Shown piece by piece: positions 1-13,800 of a DNA stretch of 64,000 bases (within the stretch, counting starts at the first letter, position 1; each line of letters starts with the position of its first letter). The notes under the pieces are model-generated. The model saw only the letters and a list, made by a program, of their open reading frames with translations. It was not told where the DNA came from and did not search any database. This DNA comes from Tubiluchus corallicola (lineage: Eukaryota > Animalia > Priapulida). The position numbers were made by a program, and so were the translations under genes. The DNA is taken from contig JAQGDQ010000876.1 of NCBI GenBank assembly GCA_030141605.1, positions 1-64,000 of the forward strand, written 5' to 3'.

Positions 1-237
1 CAATTATTATTTCTACTTTGAAACAAGTTTTTTTTATATCACTCTGCTATTACAATTGATTAAAGAACCCAATTTTTAAGTATGTAATGAGAAGTAATCC
101 TTCGGCTGTGCACTACAAAAGAACTGGACTTATTTTCTTCTGTCCTGATTTTATAATTGTACCACTTTCTTACTAAAAGCAGAGATGAGATTTTTAGCAT
201 TACTGTTAGTTGCTGTCCATAATCGTTTACGTTAAGT

Positions 238-565
238 TGTTGTTGGCATCCTTCTGTCTCGGAAGACAATGGAGCTGCAGCGTCGACTGTGGCTGAGCAG
301 TCCGATCCTTGAACCACTGGAGTGGCCTCTCCAGGGCGCACGCCTGGGCAAGGTGTATGGAGACCCTGAGTTGCCCAGACAACAGGAACCCCCTCTCTTC
401 CTCCCTGGTGTAGTCCAAAGGAAAGCGGAGCGATACGTTTGGCACCAGGTTGGCTGCAGGAGCTGCCGGAGTCAGTGAGCATGCTGCAGTGGTCCTCCTT
501 CGGGGCTCCACTCCTGATTTGGAAGCTTTACTCCTCTACACATGGCCGTTGGATCACTTGACCGC
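238..565 (-). mobile_element. 5'-truncated copy of the 5S-SINE, variant subfamily
   Basis: Reverse complement of the same body and tail; 11-bp TSD TTACGTTAAGT at 227-237 and 566-576. Confidence 0.88.
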
Positions 566-682
566 TTACGTTAAGTAGGCTCCCTCATATCCCAGCTTAC
601 CAAGTACTGAATTGTATCAGAAAATTGGTATGTTACTACAATGTGTGACGTTTATGTTTAATATTGCAATTTTTCTTAGCAG

Positions 683-3600
683 GCTCAAAGAAATGACAGA
701 GTAGTTTCACCTCAGACTCCTCAGACTGGTGTGGAAATTCCAGGTATCAATACTGTTAACTCTCTGTCTATCTAGAAAAAAATTAAGCATTTTTTGGCAC
801 TTAACCTTCATGTTTAGTATAGGAAAACATCTTCCTAAATTCAAGCTTGACACACTATTATATTTGTTACAGTACATGAAACATAAAACAAAAATAAAAA
901 TAAAAATTTTCTCTCAAAATATATTTGTGAGAACTTATTCTTTATTAGAAATAAATTAACTTGGATGCTTACCTTTCTATTTATTAAGAACTTTATAAAA
1001 ATTCCAGTGATTAAAAATATATAATTGTTTTTTTTACTTCCAGTCAAGTTTATTAAGTTTTTTTTTAAACTTCATACCTGGTCTTACTCTTATGACTGAT
1101 GTTGCCTATCTTAGCATTGATTGTATTGCACCTAGTACAGTAGTTTGCAAGGTATCATACCTTACGTCTCGTGTCCTGTGTTCGGTCTCTTAAATGCCCA
1201 ACCCATTTTTGGTATTTGAATACTGTTCACAGTCTTTTTTTGCATCATTATTTGTGTTGCATCATCAGCTTGGTCTGAACCAATAGCTAAAAACATGAAT
1301 AACATGAAATTTGCACAAATAATCAATGCAATTGGTTTTTCAAAAAAAAACAGTTACGTACACATGTGGTCTGTTACTCACGATGTTGCATGGCAGAAAT
1401 CTGCTTCTATTTCTTCTCATTTACTTCTCTTATTGCTTCTCTAGTTACTCAGTTCCAAAGTTGTCATAGTTCTTACAGTTAACTCCTGCTTCACTGTGTC
1501 TTACTACATTATTTAAATGTCCCATTATTGATTGATCCTCTTCTTTTAAACTCAGTCTATTGACTATGTAAGTGGGATTATTCACAGGGCGTATTAACCA
1601 ATAGGCTAACTAGGCTACTACATGCCGAAGTTTGAGGTGCGTCACATTTTAGGCGCTCAATTTTAAAAAATTCTTATTCTCCTCGGGAAAATTTGTCTAT
1701 TCATTGTTCATATTCATGTAAAAAAAGCATTGTATAACACACCACAGACAGTTACAGAGGCCAATTGCTATATAAGTGTCACATGACAAAGTATGAGGTA
1801 CTACACAAACAGCTGGCTGCCCAACCTGCTTCTATATAAGCCCTGATTATACACACGTAATTAACAATAACCATATAGAAACTGGGTTAATAGTATTACT
1901 AATACACCACAAGTAATTGTTTAATCTGTTCACTTTATAATCAATCATGAATTCACAATACAGTTAGGGAGGACAGATCTATCAGCCTAGCGTGTTGTGA
2001 AGTCTTGATACGCCTCTGATCATTCATGTTGTAATATATACGCTCATACCAAAGTTGCATTCCCATATCAATGTTAGTTTATTCTGCAAAAATACAAATT
2101 TTCTGTAGTCTACAATTACTGAAATAAGTGCTACAGATTACTACGTTACACTATTGTCCAATATTGAGTCGAGAAAAAGCCAGAATGTCAGTAAAAGGTA
2201 GCAGTATAATTATAAGTCAAATTTTAAATGTAACAGAGACGTGTGTACATAACAAGTTCCACCTATACAATGTCAGAGTAGAAAAAGTAGTCTAGCTTGT
2301 TGAACTACAGTCTAATACATTGTGGCTTCTAATGCATATACTATTTTGGGAAGGGGTAATGGACCAGAACATTTGTACCTGCAGCACATGTATAGACACT
2401 TCTTCGTATGATATCTGATCTTCAGATGGTTAAAGAAATGTTACACTTTAATATTTTTTCAGCAGATGCTGAGGATCCAGATATTTATGTTGAACCTAAC
2501 TTAGACGACAACAACCTTCCCGATGATAGTGACGACTATCTTGATATGACAGGCGCAGCTATTTCAAAGCTAAGCAGGACAGAAGAAGACCTGCAAAAAG
2601 GTACATTTGAGTGGTTGATTTAATGGCTGATGTATTTTTTCTTATTTGACACAATAACAACTTGACGTGCAATTCATAATCAAGTTCAAATGTGTTACAA
2701 TCAGGCCCTATTTCAGGGGGTGGGGGGGGGGGAGTGGGGATACTTCCCCGGGGCCTCACCTTCCATGTAACTTACAATATGCTGTTAATGAGAACGTGGC
2801 CACTATCATTCATGCTCTGTACATTACATCATAGTCAGACTTCTAATTGTTTACCTGGATATAAGTTTATTTATTTCCACTCTGCATCTAACAGTTATAA
2901 TAAAAATACAGATAATTTCACGGAAGTAAATGTAAATATAAATGCAATATTATCCAGAAATTACAAAAGAGATTCTTATGCAGCATATACGTGTGCAAAT
3001 TACATTACAGAGTAATTTTGATGCATACAGTTTGAGCCTAAAAGCATAGCTTGACAGTCCAAACTGTACGTCGAAATCTTAAAGAAGTGATTAATAATTG
3101 AAATAATGATAATATATATATAAAAGTGTGGGGGGAATGGTGAATGAAAGATGAAATGGAGCGAGAACTAAGAAAAACTGTGATCATGATTATAAAGTGT
3201 TCAGTAACCTGTTGAACATCATCACGTTTTATTAAGATTACTGTGGAAAAAGAATACAGGTGATTACCATTATCAAACTGTGTTACTCTCAATACTTTTG
3301 AAATATTTCTTTTCTGATGGTTTTTTTAAAAGTTGAAAGGGAGTGAGTACATTTTGAATTGCGGCTTAGTCTATTCCATAGGACTGATACATAAAGATGG
3401 ATAGTTAATTTTGTATGTTTGGTGCGTTTACGAGCACAATGATTCGGCTAAACTTTACAGTTCCCCACACAGAAGAAATTTGTTTGTGAAGTGGGTTAGG
3501 GTCAGGGTTGGGGTTAGGGTCTGGGTTGGGGTTAGGGTCTGGGTTGGGGTTAGGAGTGGGCTATTTAAATTGTGTAGGAATTCTAAACTCCGTCCAGTGA

Positions 3601-6600
3601 GTACTATGTATTAATTTACGTATTAAGCTTATTTGTTAAAATTCACTGGCAAGCAAACTTCATAATAGTTACCTTTGTTGAAATTATAGAATCGCAACGA
3701 TTTTTGGAAGGTGGAAACCCTTGGTCACCAAGGAAAGAGCAAATATCTATCATAGATGGTTTGAAAAATGGTAATTATCCTTTAATACAGACTATAACGT
3801 ATGTATATTAAAACATTTCTATGTATGCTAATTACTACGCATGATCTTTTACATAATTTTACATAAAACTATGTTTGCGCTTCAGTGCATTATCCTCTTG
3901 TTGTTACAGCATTGATTCTAATAATCTCTTTCTTTCTATGTGATTTGTTTGATAAGGGATTTAATGACTTAATGATTTTGATCATCTTTCTCGTCTTTGT
4001 AATCATCTGCCTGTATTGCTGCCAGTGAAATGTTTGATGGTAGCCTTTGTGTGTTTTTACTGCATTTAGTGCTTTTTACAGTGTTGAATATAGCTGAGTG
4101 GTCATGGTGCATGCTTAGTTTTTAAAGTTAAGTAAAACCATGCCTGGTTAATAAATGGATGGGTGCCCACCATCCGTGAAAAAGCTTTTGAGAAGCTTCA
4201 TCTAAACTTTCAGCTATTTACTTTTTTGAGAAAGTTTGTACTCACATCTGAATGATAAAATATCTCTGTGTGATCAAATGTCTTATTTTAGAAGATGTTC
4301 CAGATGGTTAGATTCTGGTCCTCCTCCAACTGTCTGCATTAAGGAGGCCTTGTTGTAAAGTGCTGGCTGGTTTTAAAAAAAGTGTGTCGTTCAAAAGACA
4401 AAATAATTAATAATTATCGTCTTTTGACTAACGATTGTGTAAAAACAGATGACAAGGCTTGTGCTTTGATAGTAAGAAATGGGTTTGATTGCAGGAGATC
4501 TTACAAGTGAAGAGGCAAAAGCAAGAATGGAAGCATTGAAGAACGATTCTGCTGCCAACATTCTGCAAACTGTATGTCGCTCAATAATTGTGTCAGTTTT
4601 GAACGTTAATAAATAAACTATATGTAAAGTGTGCCACACACTTACTTTTTAAGTGTGATAACAAGTTTGTTTGTTTGTTTGTCTGTCTGCTGATAAGTGC
4701 TCGGGATGGGTAATAAATTATGTTGCTGGTTTTCAAATTATTATTAAAATTTAACAAATATGTGTGTTCTGTTTTTAAGTTCAAGCACAGTAAGTTTGAT
4801 AATATATTGCTTTTCAAAATTATGTGCAAAAAAATTCCTATTTTGCTAACTATGTAGGTAAGTAACTATGCAGCCCGTGTATATGTCTTTGGGATCATTT
4901 TCTTTTATAACTTAATTGATCATTTTAGGAAAACCGAAATCAATTACAGAAGCAGTTTAAAGACAAGCCAGCTGACACACTAACCATAGAAAAGGTAATG
5001 ATTATACTTATGTAGTAACAGTAGTTTTAATTGTTCTTCAAACATGTTTTAAACTGAACAAAACGCTGCTGTCCCTGTCGGAATCCATTGTGTTGCTGGC
5101 TATGTCAATTTTTACATTTCTATAGTTCACGTTACTTCATACAGATACCATCACATCTTTCTCCTTCTTTCTATTCTCTATTAACCTTTCTTTCTACTCC
5201 TTTACTGCTCTTTTCTATTACACTCAGTCCACATTCATTTGGGGTACTCTAAACAAGTAATTACTTCTTGAGTACCCCACGGGTCATTTGTGGCTTGGCA
5301 TCTTGTGTACATAATAGTAAATATGTTATTAAATACTTTTATGTACAATGCTGTAATGATCGTTGTGGATATATTTAATAAATAAATAAAAATAAATAAA
5401 TAAGAGTGTGATATCTTGCCTTTCGCGTATTAGCATCTGTTTGCCTTTTTTCTCAGCAGTGGCGATTATGGCTGCAAGTTCTGCAGCATCAGCAACAGCA
5501 ACAGAAACTGGTTGAAACAATAATACCATTTTTTTAAAGTTTGTAAATATACGGCAATTGTATGATTATAAGTTACTGTAACAGTTCTATTTTGTCAATT
5601 TTAAATTTGTTTCTGAAATGTTTTTATGTAAAAAAATTGGCTTAATTGCTTTTCAGATGCCACCGATCGTACAGGATCGGCCTCAAATACCTCCAAAATC
5701 TCCTTTGTTTAATCGAGAGAGTTCTCCGAGTAATCGGGGCGCTAAGGTAAGATGAACAATCTAAATAACTAGATGTAACTTACATAAATTGATCTTTTTC
5801 TGTAAATAGTTTTGTGTAGGTTATTGTATTTTCTTTTTGTGAATTCTATTTACTGTTTCATGCAGCCGTTGCAAAAGAAGTCTTTTATTTCTTATTATAC
5901 ATGCCAAATGCATGTTACTTAAAATGGAAACTTTATTTTCAGCAAACTCCCGTGACAGTTGGTAACGGAATATCACCTTACCAATCAACAAAGTTACATG
6001 TAATGCCACCACGACCATCTCCAAGTACGTAAAGTCATCTCTTGTTAATATTCTGTACCGTGTTAGAGTAAGGTAGTTTTTGTAAAGTCATCTCCTGTTA
6101 CTATTCTGTACTGTGTTAGAGTAAGGTAGTTTTTGTAAAGTCATCTCCTGTTACTATTCTGTACTGTGTTAGAGTAAGGTAGTTTTTGTAAAGTCATCTC
6201 CTGTTACTATTCTGTACTGTGTTAGAGTAAGGTAGGTTTTGTAAAGTCATCTCTTGTTACTATTCTGTACTGTGTTAGAGTAAGGTAGTTTTTGTGAAAG
6301 TTGAAGTTTTAAAATTATGGCTAAACCATAGTGAAACCATTTAAAAAATAGTAATTTACAAATTCAGAACCAAATTTCAAGACTCCTATATATCTGATGC
6401 ACACATTTTCTTCTTAATTACTGTTTAATAAGTCGACTACAAGCAACCCTCGTTAAATGGACTAATTGGGTGGGTGGGTGGTCCGGTTTAGCCGATTGTC
6501 CGATTTATCCGATATGCCTATATATGGTCTATATTATACAGGAATGATCACCTTAATAAGGCCTATATACATTGCACTATATACTATACTGTATATTACT

Positions 6601-7082
6601 TTAAAACAGTTAACCTGTGAGGATAAAGAAATTATTATACAGTTGGTAGGCCGTGTTGTGTTTAGCGCTCCGGCTCGGACGGAAATTTGTCAGTTTCCTT
6701 TACCACGGATGACGTCCGTCTTATCCGATATCCGGGCTAACAGGGTCCGGTTTAACGAGGGTCGACTGTACTTAGTTATCAGTTATACCTGAAGACCTGT
6801 CATAGCAAAAGAGGTTAGTTCTTCTTTGTTGCAGCTTTTCAGCGTGCATAGTGTTTATTGTTAGCATAAATAACGTTTAATGCAAGTATATATCTTCTAT
6901 GGCTTGTTTGGAAATAATTGTTGTTGTGATGTTCATTGATTACTCACTTCAGTGTGAATGTTGCAGGAAAAGCGCTCAAAGGACAAGCTAAGCAGAGGCC
7001 GCCAAGCTTTGAAGCACCCAAACCTCCGCAGAATGACTCGCCCAGGTCTCCGCCTCCGCTTCCGCCAAGAAAAAGATATTAA
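683..7082 (+). CDS. 3' part of a BCAP (PIK3AP1)/BANK1/Dof-family signalling adaptor; 5' exons lie upstream of the window
   Basis: Phase-consistent exons 683-743, 2463-2600, 3690-3770, 4495-4571, 4929-4994, 5457-5510 (weak donor), 5657-5746, 5943-6024, 6967-7082 (TAA). Protein has DIYVEP, a YLDM (YxxM) motif, KEQISIIDGLKNGDLTSEEAKARM...ILQTENRNQLQ resembling the BCAP/BANK1 coiled-coil segment, and a terminal PPPLPPRKRY. Confidence 0.6.
1585..2018. mobile_element. hAT-type MITE, degenerate
   Basis: CAGGGCGTATTAA / TTGATACGCCTCTG termini; TSD AT(T/C)ATTCA. Confidence 0.65.
6029..6293. repeat. 53-bp tandem repeat x5
   Basis: Unit GTAAAGTCATCTCCTGTTACTATTCTGTACTGTGTTAGAGTAAGGTAGTTTTT. Confidence 0.95.
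6440..6768. mobile_element. Tc1/mariner-pogo type MITE, family A
   Basis: TIR CAGTCGACCCTCGTTAAACCGGAC-like, TA flanks; other copies at 24574-24880 and 56620-57056. Confidence 0.85.
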
Positions 7083-8228
7083 ATGTGAGAGGAAAAGCAT
7101 TCTAGAGAAGAAGATGTTATTTTTAAAAACTTGTAAATAAATAAGTGACAGTATTATGCACATTTACGTCTATCACATTCTGAATAGAAATTTAGTTATT
7201 TCAAATGTGCAAAGTATGAAAATAGAACACAATCACGTTTAGCAGCAGGGATAGTTATATCACACTCTAAAAAACAAATTTTTTGGTTACTAGCTTGTAA
7301 TGTAACCTTACAAACAGTTCTGTTTCGCCGTGAAGCCAGTGACATTTTCATTCTTGTTCATGCAGTAAGTTATTAACCAGTTTCTCCATTTGGATAAGAA
7401 CTTTTGTACAACATCATTAATGTTGGAACTACCAATAATTACTAAAATTTGAAAGAAAACATTATTAATGGCTTGTCAGTTTGGCATTCATGTTTGAAAC
7501 CTTCATTCTGCAGTTCGTTGCCTAGCAAAATAACGTCTCAGGTTCGCGCAACACTTTCACGAAAAAGTGGAAGTTACTCCATGGAACTACACATTTTTTA
7601 TAATAGCTATGCAAACTTGTATATAGTTCATTTCACTGTATAGCTCACTATGCTAGGTACTTAACAATTTCTTGTTTAAATTGTGATTTATTGTTGGCAC
7701 AGAATAGGTTTTGTGAGTGATTTTTATACGTATAAAATTTAAATTTTGAAGATATTTGCAAAATGTTTTTAACTTGTGTCTGTTTTTGTGAGATACTTGA
7801 TAGATGATAATAAAGTTCTATTTCTAACCAGGCGATGGACTATTGCCTTTTTTAACAATGTCAATTCTGATTTATCTAACCTCAATATTATTGTTATCAT
7901 CAATGGCAAAGTAATAGTAAAGATTATAATACAGAATTATCGTATGTTGCCAAGTTTATACTATTGTAGATGAATATAGCCAAGCATGTGAAGTGTTTAC
8001 TGTTTGCTGCAATTTGTGTCTCAGTTTTGGGAACTTGCAATTGCAATTAAATGTCTGTATTAATAAAAATTAAATTGTAAAAATAAGATTTTGTAAAAAG
8101 TTTGTCTGCATCATCAAATCACTTTACGTTTTACATAGTACTTTTGCTCATGGCACAGTTTGAAGATATGCACATAAATTGTACAATCCCTTGCAGCTTG
8201 TATATGTGTAGAATATACTGATTGTTCA

Positions 8229-8585
8229 CACTGTATATCGACACTAGGCGAAGGAGCTGTACAAGCAGCCAACAGCTAGAGGGCGGAGGAGGTCAAGTGA
8301 CCCAACGGCCATGTGTAGAGGAGTAAACCTTCCAAATCAGGAGTGGAGCCCCGAAGGAGGACCAGTGCAGCATGCTCACTGACTCCGGCAGCTCCTGCAG
8401 CCAAACGTATCGCTCCGCTTTCCTTTGGACGACACCAGGGAGGAAGAGAGGGGGTTCCCGTTGTCTGGGCAACTCAGGATCTCCATACACCTTGCCCAGG
8501 CGTGCGCCCTGGAGACGTTCAAGGATCGGACTCTCTTGGCGCACATTCCATTGTCTTCCGAGACAGAAGGATGCCAACAACAACA
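8229..8585 (+). mobile_element. 5'-truncated copy of the 5S-SINE
   Basis: Near-identical to 23037-23401; 12-bp TSD ACTGATTGTTCA at 8217-8228 and 8586-8597. Confidence 0.9.
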
Positions 8586-10825
8586 ACTGATTGTTCATTA
8601 TTGATGTTTGTTAAATTCTTTGACTTCTGTGGCATAAATAGCAGGGCTTCTCTGTGGAGTAGCTAAGTGGGTGGGCAGAAGGTGTAGTTTGCCCTCTGCG
8701 ACACTGGTCAAGTACACTGAAAAAATGGACAGTAGACAGGCACAACGCCTGACGTAATCTTCCATGAAAATACTGATCATGTTCCTTCCCGTGTTAACAT
8801 ACGAAGAAGCATCTGAGTGGGTGTATTGTAGTTTTTCAAGCGTGCATGGAACCCATGGGAAAGTACAAAGCAAATTTATTTCTTCCCAAACAATTTTTTT
8901 AGTAATACTTATTATTTTATCAGTTTATCTCCACATCTGCAAGTCTGCAAGGTAACCATGGTAAATTTTCTCAAGTGCCGCTCTGGGCACCACAATCTCT
9001 AGCTATGCCACTGGGACTTCAACTGTTGGTGCCTTAGTGCTGCCTACAATGCTCGACATGATAATTACAGTAATGGGTTATATTTGCATGACTTGCATGC
9101 TTCTTGTTTCTGCATTCATATAGAGTTGTAACATCAGATCATTTGCAGTTCATCGGACTTCTCTGTTTTAAGGCGCTGGCTATCATGTATGGATAAAATG
9201 CTTGGAATATTTTATGAAAATGTTTTTAGATAAATAAAAATATATTGATTTTACTAATATGTTACAATTTCTGTTATTCTTCTGTTTCACTATAAGATGT
9301 AGCTATAAGCAAGTAGCATTGTTACAAGATTTTGCCAGAACAAAATAGTGCTGGTTAAATGTTGTGAAATCCGTTTTGGATGCAGAATGACACTGAATGA
9401 ATCACTTTACTTGCAGGAATATTATCAGTATAACAAGGAATATAAAGTGCATGTTTCATATTATTTTAGTCTGGGAGAACTATCTAATGTGCACCTCTAA
9501 AAGAACACACTTTTTCAGCCGTTTGTGCTACTTGTCATGATACCGGCAGAGGTCTGTATTCAGTAAGGCCTATGGACTTAAACAAATCACGTACAGAGGG
9601 CAGATTAATTAAGACAACATAATTAGCACATTCATAGGGCTCTAGGCCCAACTCAGCCAAAAAATAGTGTATGAAAAAATTACAAACCCTCATGGAAAAC
9701 TTGAGCACACACGGTTCGCCCTGATGGGTGTGGGGGGGGATAACTCTAGAAAAAAATCACAGGCTTCCATGTGACATTTGCACATGACGACGAAATTTGT
9801 TAACTGCAAGATCGAAGTCAAGATATTCCATATTGCCAATCTTATGTTTTGCTCAGCAGTAACGGTGGAAAAGTGATACAGTGTATTGTATCTTTGCACT
9901 TAAATTATTTGAGTGCCTGCTATTTAGTAGAGTGGATATTGCGGAAGCACAGAATTACTGTGTCATTCTGTTACCTATTATTTTTTTAAGTTTTACTACT
10001 TTCAGGAGTGATACCTGATTAGGTCGTCTGTTTTGCTGTTGTACTTGTGTCATGGATATGGTTATGACGCTGCACAATCACTCTCTTATTGTACGCTAGT
10101 GAAAAGTTGCAGTGTTTTTAATACTTAACCTTCTGAAGTTGTGAAGTAAATATCCTTCGTTATGCAAGAGCAGCAAAAAATAGCACCCCGTGAAAAAGGT
10201 ACACTACCAGATCTGTTATTATTACTATTACTAGGCTTTTTAATGTAGTTTTCTTGCAAAAAATCTTAGTACACCTAATCATAATTCAATTATGAGTAAC
10301 TAAAAGCATACCTGGAGGTCTTACCTGCATCTTGCTACCCAAGTACTTTGAGTTTGACAGCTTCACCAGACTAATTTTAGTTTACCCACCCTCGGTTTGT
10401 TACTTTTTTTATCCACTAATCTTGATAATGTTGTTACAAATTTCTACACTGCAATGTTTGCTTAAGTGGCATGTGTTTACGATAACTATAATATTTGGTA
10501 ATGATCGTACCTATTTCTCACTATTGCAAGACAAAAGCATTCATTATTTACGCCATTTTGCCTTGTACAATTCTAAAAAATGTTTACGTGAATACATTTG
10601 TCTCACAACGTAGTAACATTTAGAAGAGACATGGCAACTGGCCAGAAGCTGAAGAGTAGTAAATTTTTGTTTAATGGCGGCAGCGTATTCTGGCAAAAGC
10701 TTATAGATTGATTTTCAAAAAGCGGTTTAAATTAATCTAAATAATTGCCCACGTCGACTGTAGGCAGTGTGTGTGTATCGTGTTTTGTCACCTACGTGTC
10801 ACTGTATCTAGCCAAGAAAATCAAA

Positions 10826-13800
10826 ATGGATGAAGCAGTAGTTGCTAAATCTGGCACAGGGATAGATTGGGATAAGATATAAACTGGCCCAGGAAGCCCA
10901 TTTCTTTTTGTTTCATAAGGTCAGAGGTCAATCAAAGTCAAACATTGTTAATAAATTTTTTTGTAATGATTTCCTGTGAGATTGTGAAGGCATAGATCGT
11001 TTGCACCTCTAATATCAAAGTTTTTTTAAACTGTTACAGGCTCACTAAACCCACAATTCATATTTTATTTGTTTTTACTTTTAGAATTTTAAATTGTGTT
11101 ATTTTTAATGTAATCTTTTATTTAATTAGATGAGGGTAAACTGGATGACATAGATCCAGACAGAATAGCAATGCCTCCAAGTCAATCAGCTGAAGTGCAA
11201 AGCTTGTGTAAAATAATGTTTAGTAAACTATCGGAGTATCTACAAGGTGATTTAGCAGGTACTTGAAATTGTTTTATTTTTATTTATTATGTACTGTAAT
11301 GAAACTCAATATAATGCCAAATCCTAGTCAAGACATGGTTAATTATGGTGTTAGCACACAGCATTTAAAGGAGCAGCAGTACTCCTCTTCCAATTTTTGA
11401 GCTAGGGCTACAATAGGACTGGGTCGGGGTCGAAGTTTTGAGCAAAAGCCAAAACCGAGGGGGTCGGGAATATCATGAAAAGTCTCAACGAGACACATCC
11501 AATGGTGTAAGACTCGTTAAGTTTGTTTGACTCTGGACCTCGGGGTTACAGGTTAAAGATGAGAATGTCCGGTTTTAGCGTTGAAGTGTTTGTGAACCAT
11601 CGAGAAAAAATATTCATCTGACATGCCATGAGAATGCTTAAGTAAGTTTCTAGCTCTTTGGAAAAGAAAGAACTGGGTTACAAAGGCAGTGTAATGTTTT
11701 TCTGAAGGAACTTAAAACCGGATGATTGTGTAAATAAAGAATGCTCTAAAATATTGAAAACTACAATAGCTTTTTTTAAATCAAAGCTTAGATTAAGTAA
11801 TAATTACCTCGGATACTCAAATTTTGTTAAACTTTCAAAGCTACGCGCGGCTCAGTGAATCTACTAAGACTGGCAGCAGCGCCTTTTTGTCACGTTCACG
11901 TGGCCGACAAATACAAGGCGGTACCTTGATAACCGTGATCATGAACTGCAGTGTCAGTCTCTGACGTTATATGATGTAGAGCCCATTTTCAATGACACCG
12001 TGCATTTAACTGTAGCACTTACGCAAACGAAGATGCCTGCCATTGCACAAACTGTGGTTAGTTTTCGACGGTAGCAATAGCTGTGTTCGGTTGCCGTTAA
12101 TTAACTTTCTAAGCTAATTATTCAAATATAAGAAAGAATTGCTAACTTTAATAGGCAAGAACATGGTTGTTTTGCGCAGTAAATTAAAATGAGATTGAGT
12201 CTAAACAATCGTCCGGTTTTACTTTAAGCACTTCAATAATCAGTAGTAGGGCTTATACGGTGTTGTAACGGTCGACAAAGTTTTAATTTTGGTGGTTCAC
12301 TTTTATCGATTGCTGTGTCCTGGTGCAATTCTTAGATTGAGAAGGTGATATTGTGCTAGCTTTCCGTGACTTTAACTATGCAACCAGCTGTGTATGAAAG
12401 ACAGTAACACGTATTTAATAAATGTGTTCTTTACGTTTTTAGTGACAGCCGAGGACTACAGGTTATTGGAGCAAATGAACATAGTGACAAAGGACAAGTA
12501 TGGTGAAATGACTCGGTCAGCTAAGCAGGTTGCGGCGTCTCTATATCAACTGAATGAGAAATGTATGTATGGCTAGTGTCATGCCGCTGGGGGTTTATTT
12601 TTCGAATCGGGCCCACTGGGACGCACGGGGGGGCGAAAAACCTTCAAAAATGGCCATTTTTCGGTCGTTTTTTTGCAAAACTTATACGTCTGAGATCTGA
12701 AGAATGAGAAGGGGCCATGGGTGGTGCTGGCTATGGATAGATAGCCCGTGCAGTGGAGGGTGTCATAGGCATATTTAGAATTCGCGACGGCGTCCCGTAA
12801 CGGTCGTTTTCCCGGACCCAACTCACAATTTTTTCGGAATTTTGGCCAAACATCATCTGGATAAAACGTTCTAGCAGCGCCTGGTGGGACTCTCGGAAGG
12901 TGATATATAGCTCTTTAGAAAGAGGAAGAACAGGGCTGCACGATGGTGTGGGCTATATTTTAGGGCACGTCGGCCAAAAGGAGTACTGACGTGTTAATTA
13001 GATGTTCTATTTTTGGCAATTTTCGCTTGGAAAACTGCTGACGCAAAGCCATTGTTCTGACGTCATCCATTATACTCTGCCTATAACCTTATAACTTTAA
13101 TTCAGTAAAAGCTACTTAGGTAAGTAAACAAACACTAGGTAGGATGTTCGCACATTTTTGATTATAAGTGGATTTATAAGCAAAATTTTTTGCGGGGCCT
13201 TTGCTAGTGGCAAATATTAATGCACAACACCATTCTAAAAGATTACGTGGTTTTCATGTTACTGTTATCATTATTGTTACAGTTACTGTTATTTTGTTAT
13301 CTTAATGTATTTGTACCATAAAAACAATTTGGATTTGTCATAGTGAAAAAATTGTAATTGTAGATAAAGCCTTGAAGCCTTATTTGGAGCAAATTGATCA
13401 ACTTGATGCTGCCGTTACAGAACTTGAGCACACCGCATATCAGCTGGATGCGTATTCTAAACGACTAGGTAATTTTCAATAATAGGTGATTCATACAGGT
13501 GTAATTATTATCCAGTTTCCTGTCCTAATCTGTTGATTTTCCAGACAATGATGCATCACAGCAATAGATTCTTTTCCAGAAACTGCATTCATGGCAATAC
13601 ATCATTTTGCTGAAATTCCCTTCTCTGTTTTAAAATCGACCGGTGTGATGCCGATCGAATTATGATAATAGCAAGCAGTTTTTTTTTAAACTGCCTTCGA
13701 GGTTTAAGCATTAAAAGCCATTATGGAGATGAAAATAGGTCTTGTTTGAAACGTGGACCCCACTGCGTACATATAAGGAATCTCACAAAATCATAATCGC

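Noticed and set aside
60-511. ORFs of 70-140 aa recurring at 60-511, 8293-8666 and 23121-23524
   Set aside because: They are chance frames through the GC-rich SINE body and are frameshifted between copies.
6958-7140. 60-aa ORF from the track as the terminal exon
   Set aside because: Splice phase selects a different frame, ending PPPLPPRKRY* at 7082.
12579-12821. Similar 80-aa ORFs at 12579-12821 and 18795-19043
   Set aside because: Both lie in copies of the same non-autonomous Helitron and diverge by frameshift; no Rep/helicase motifs.
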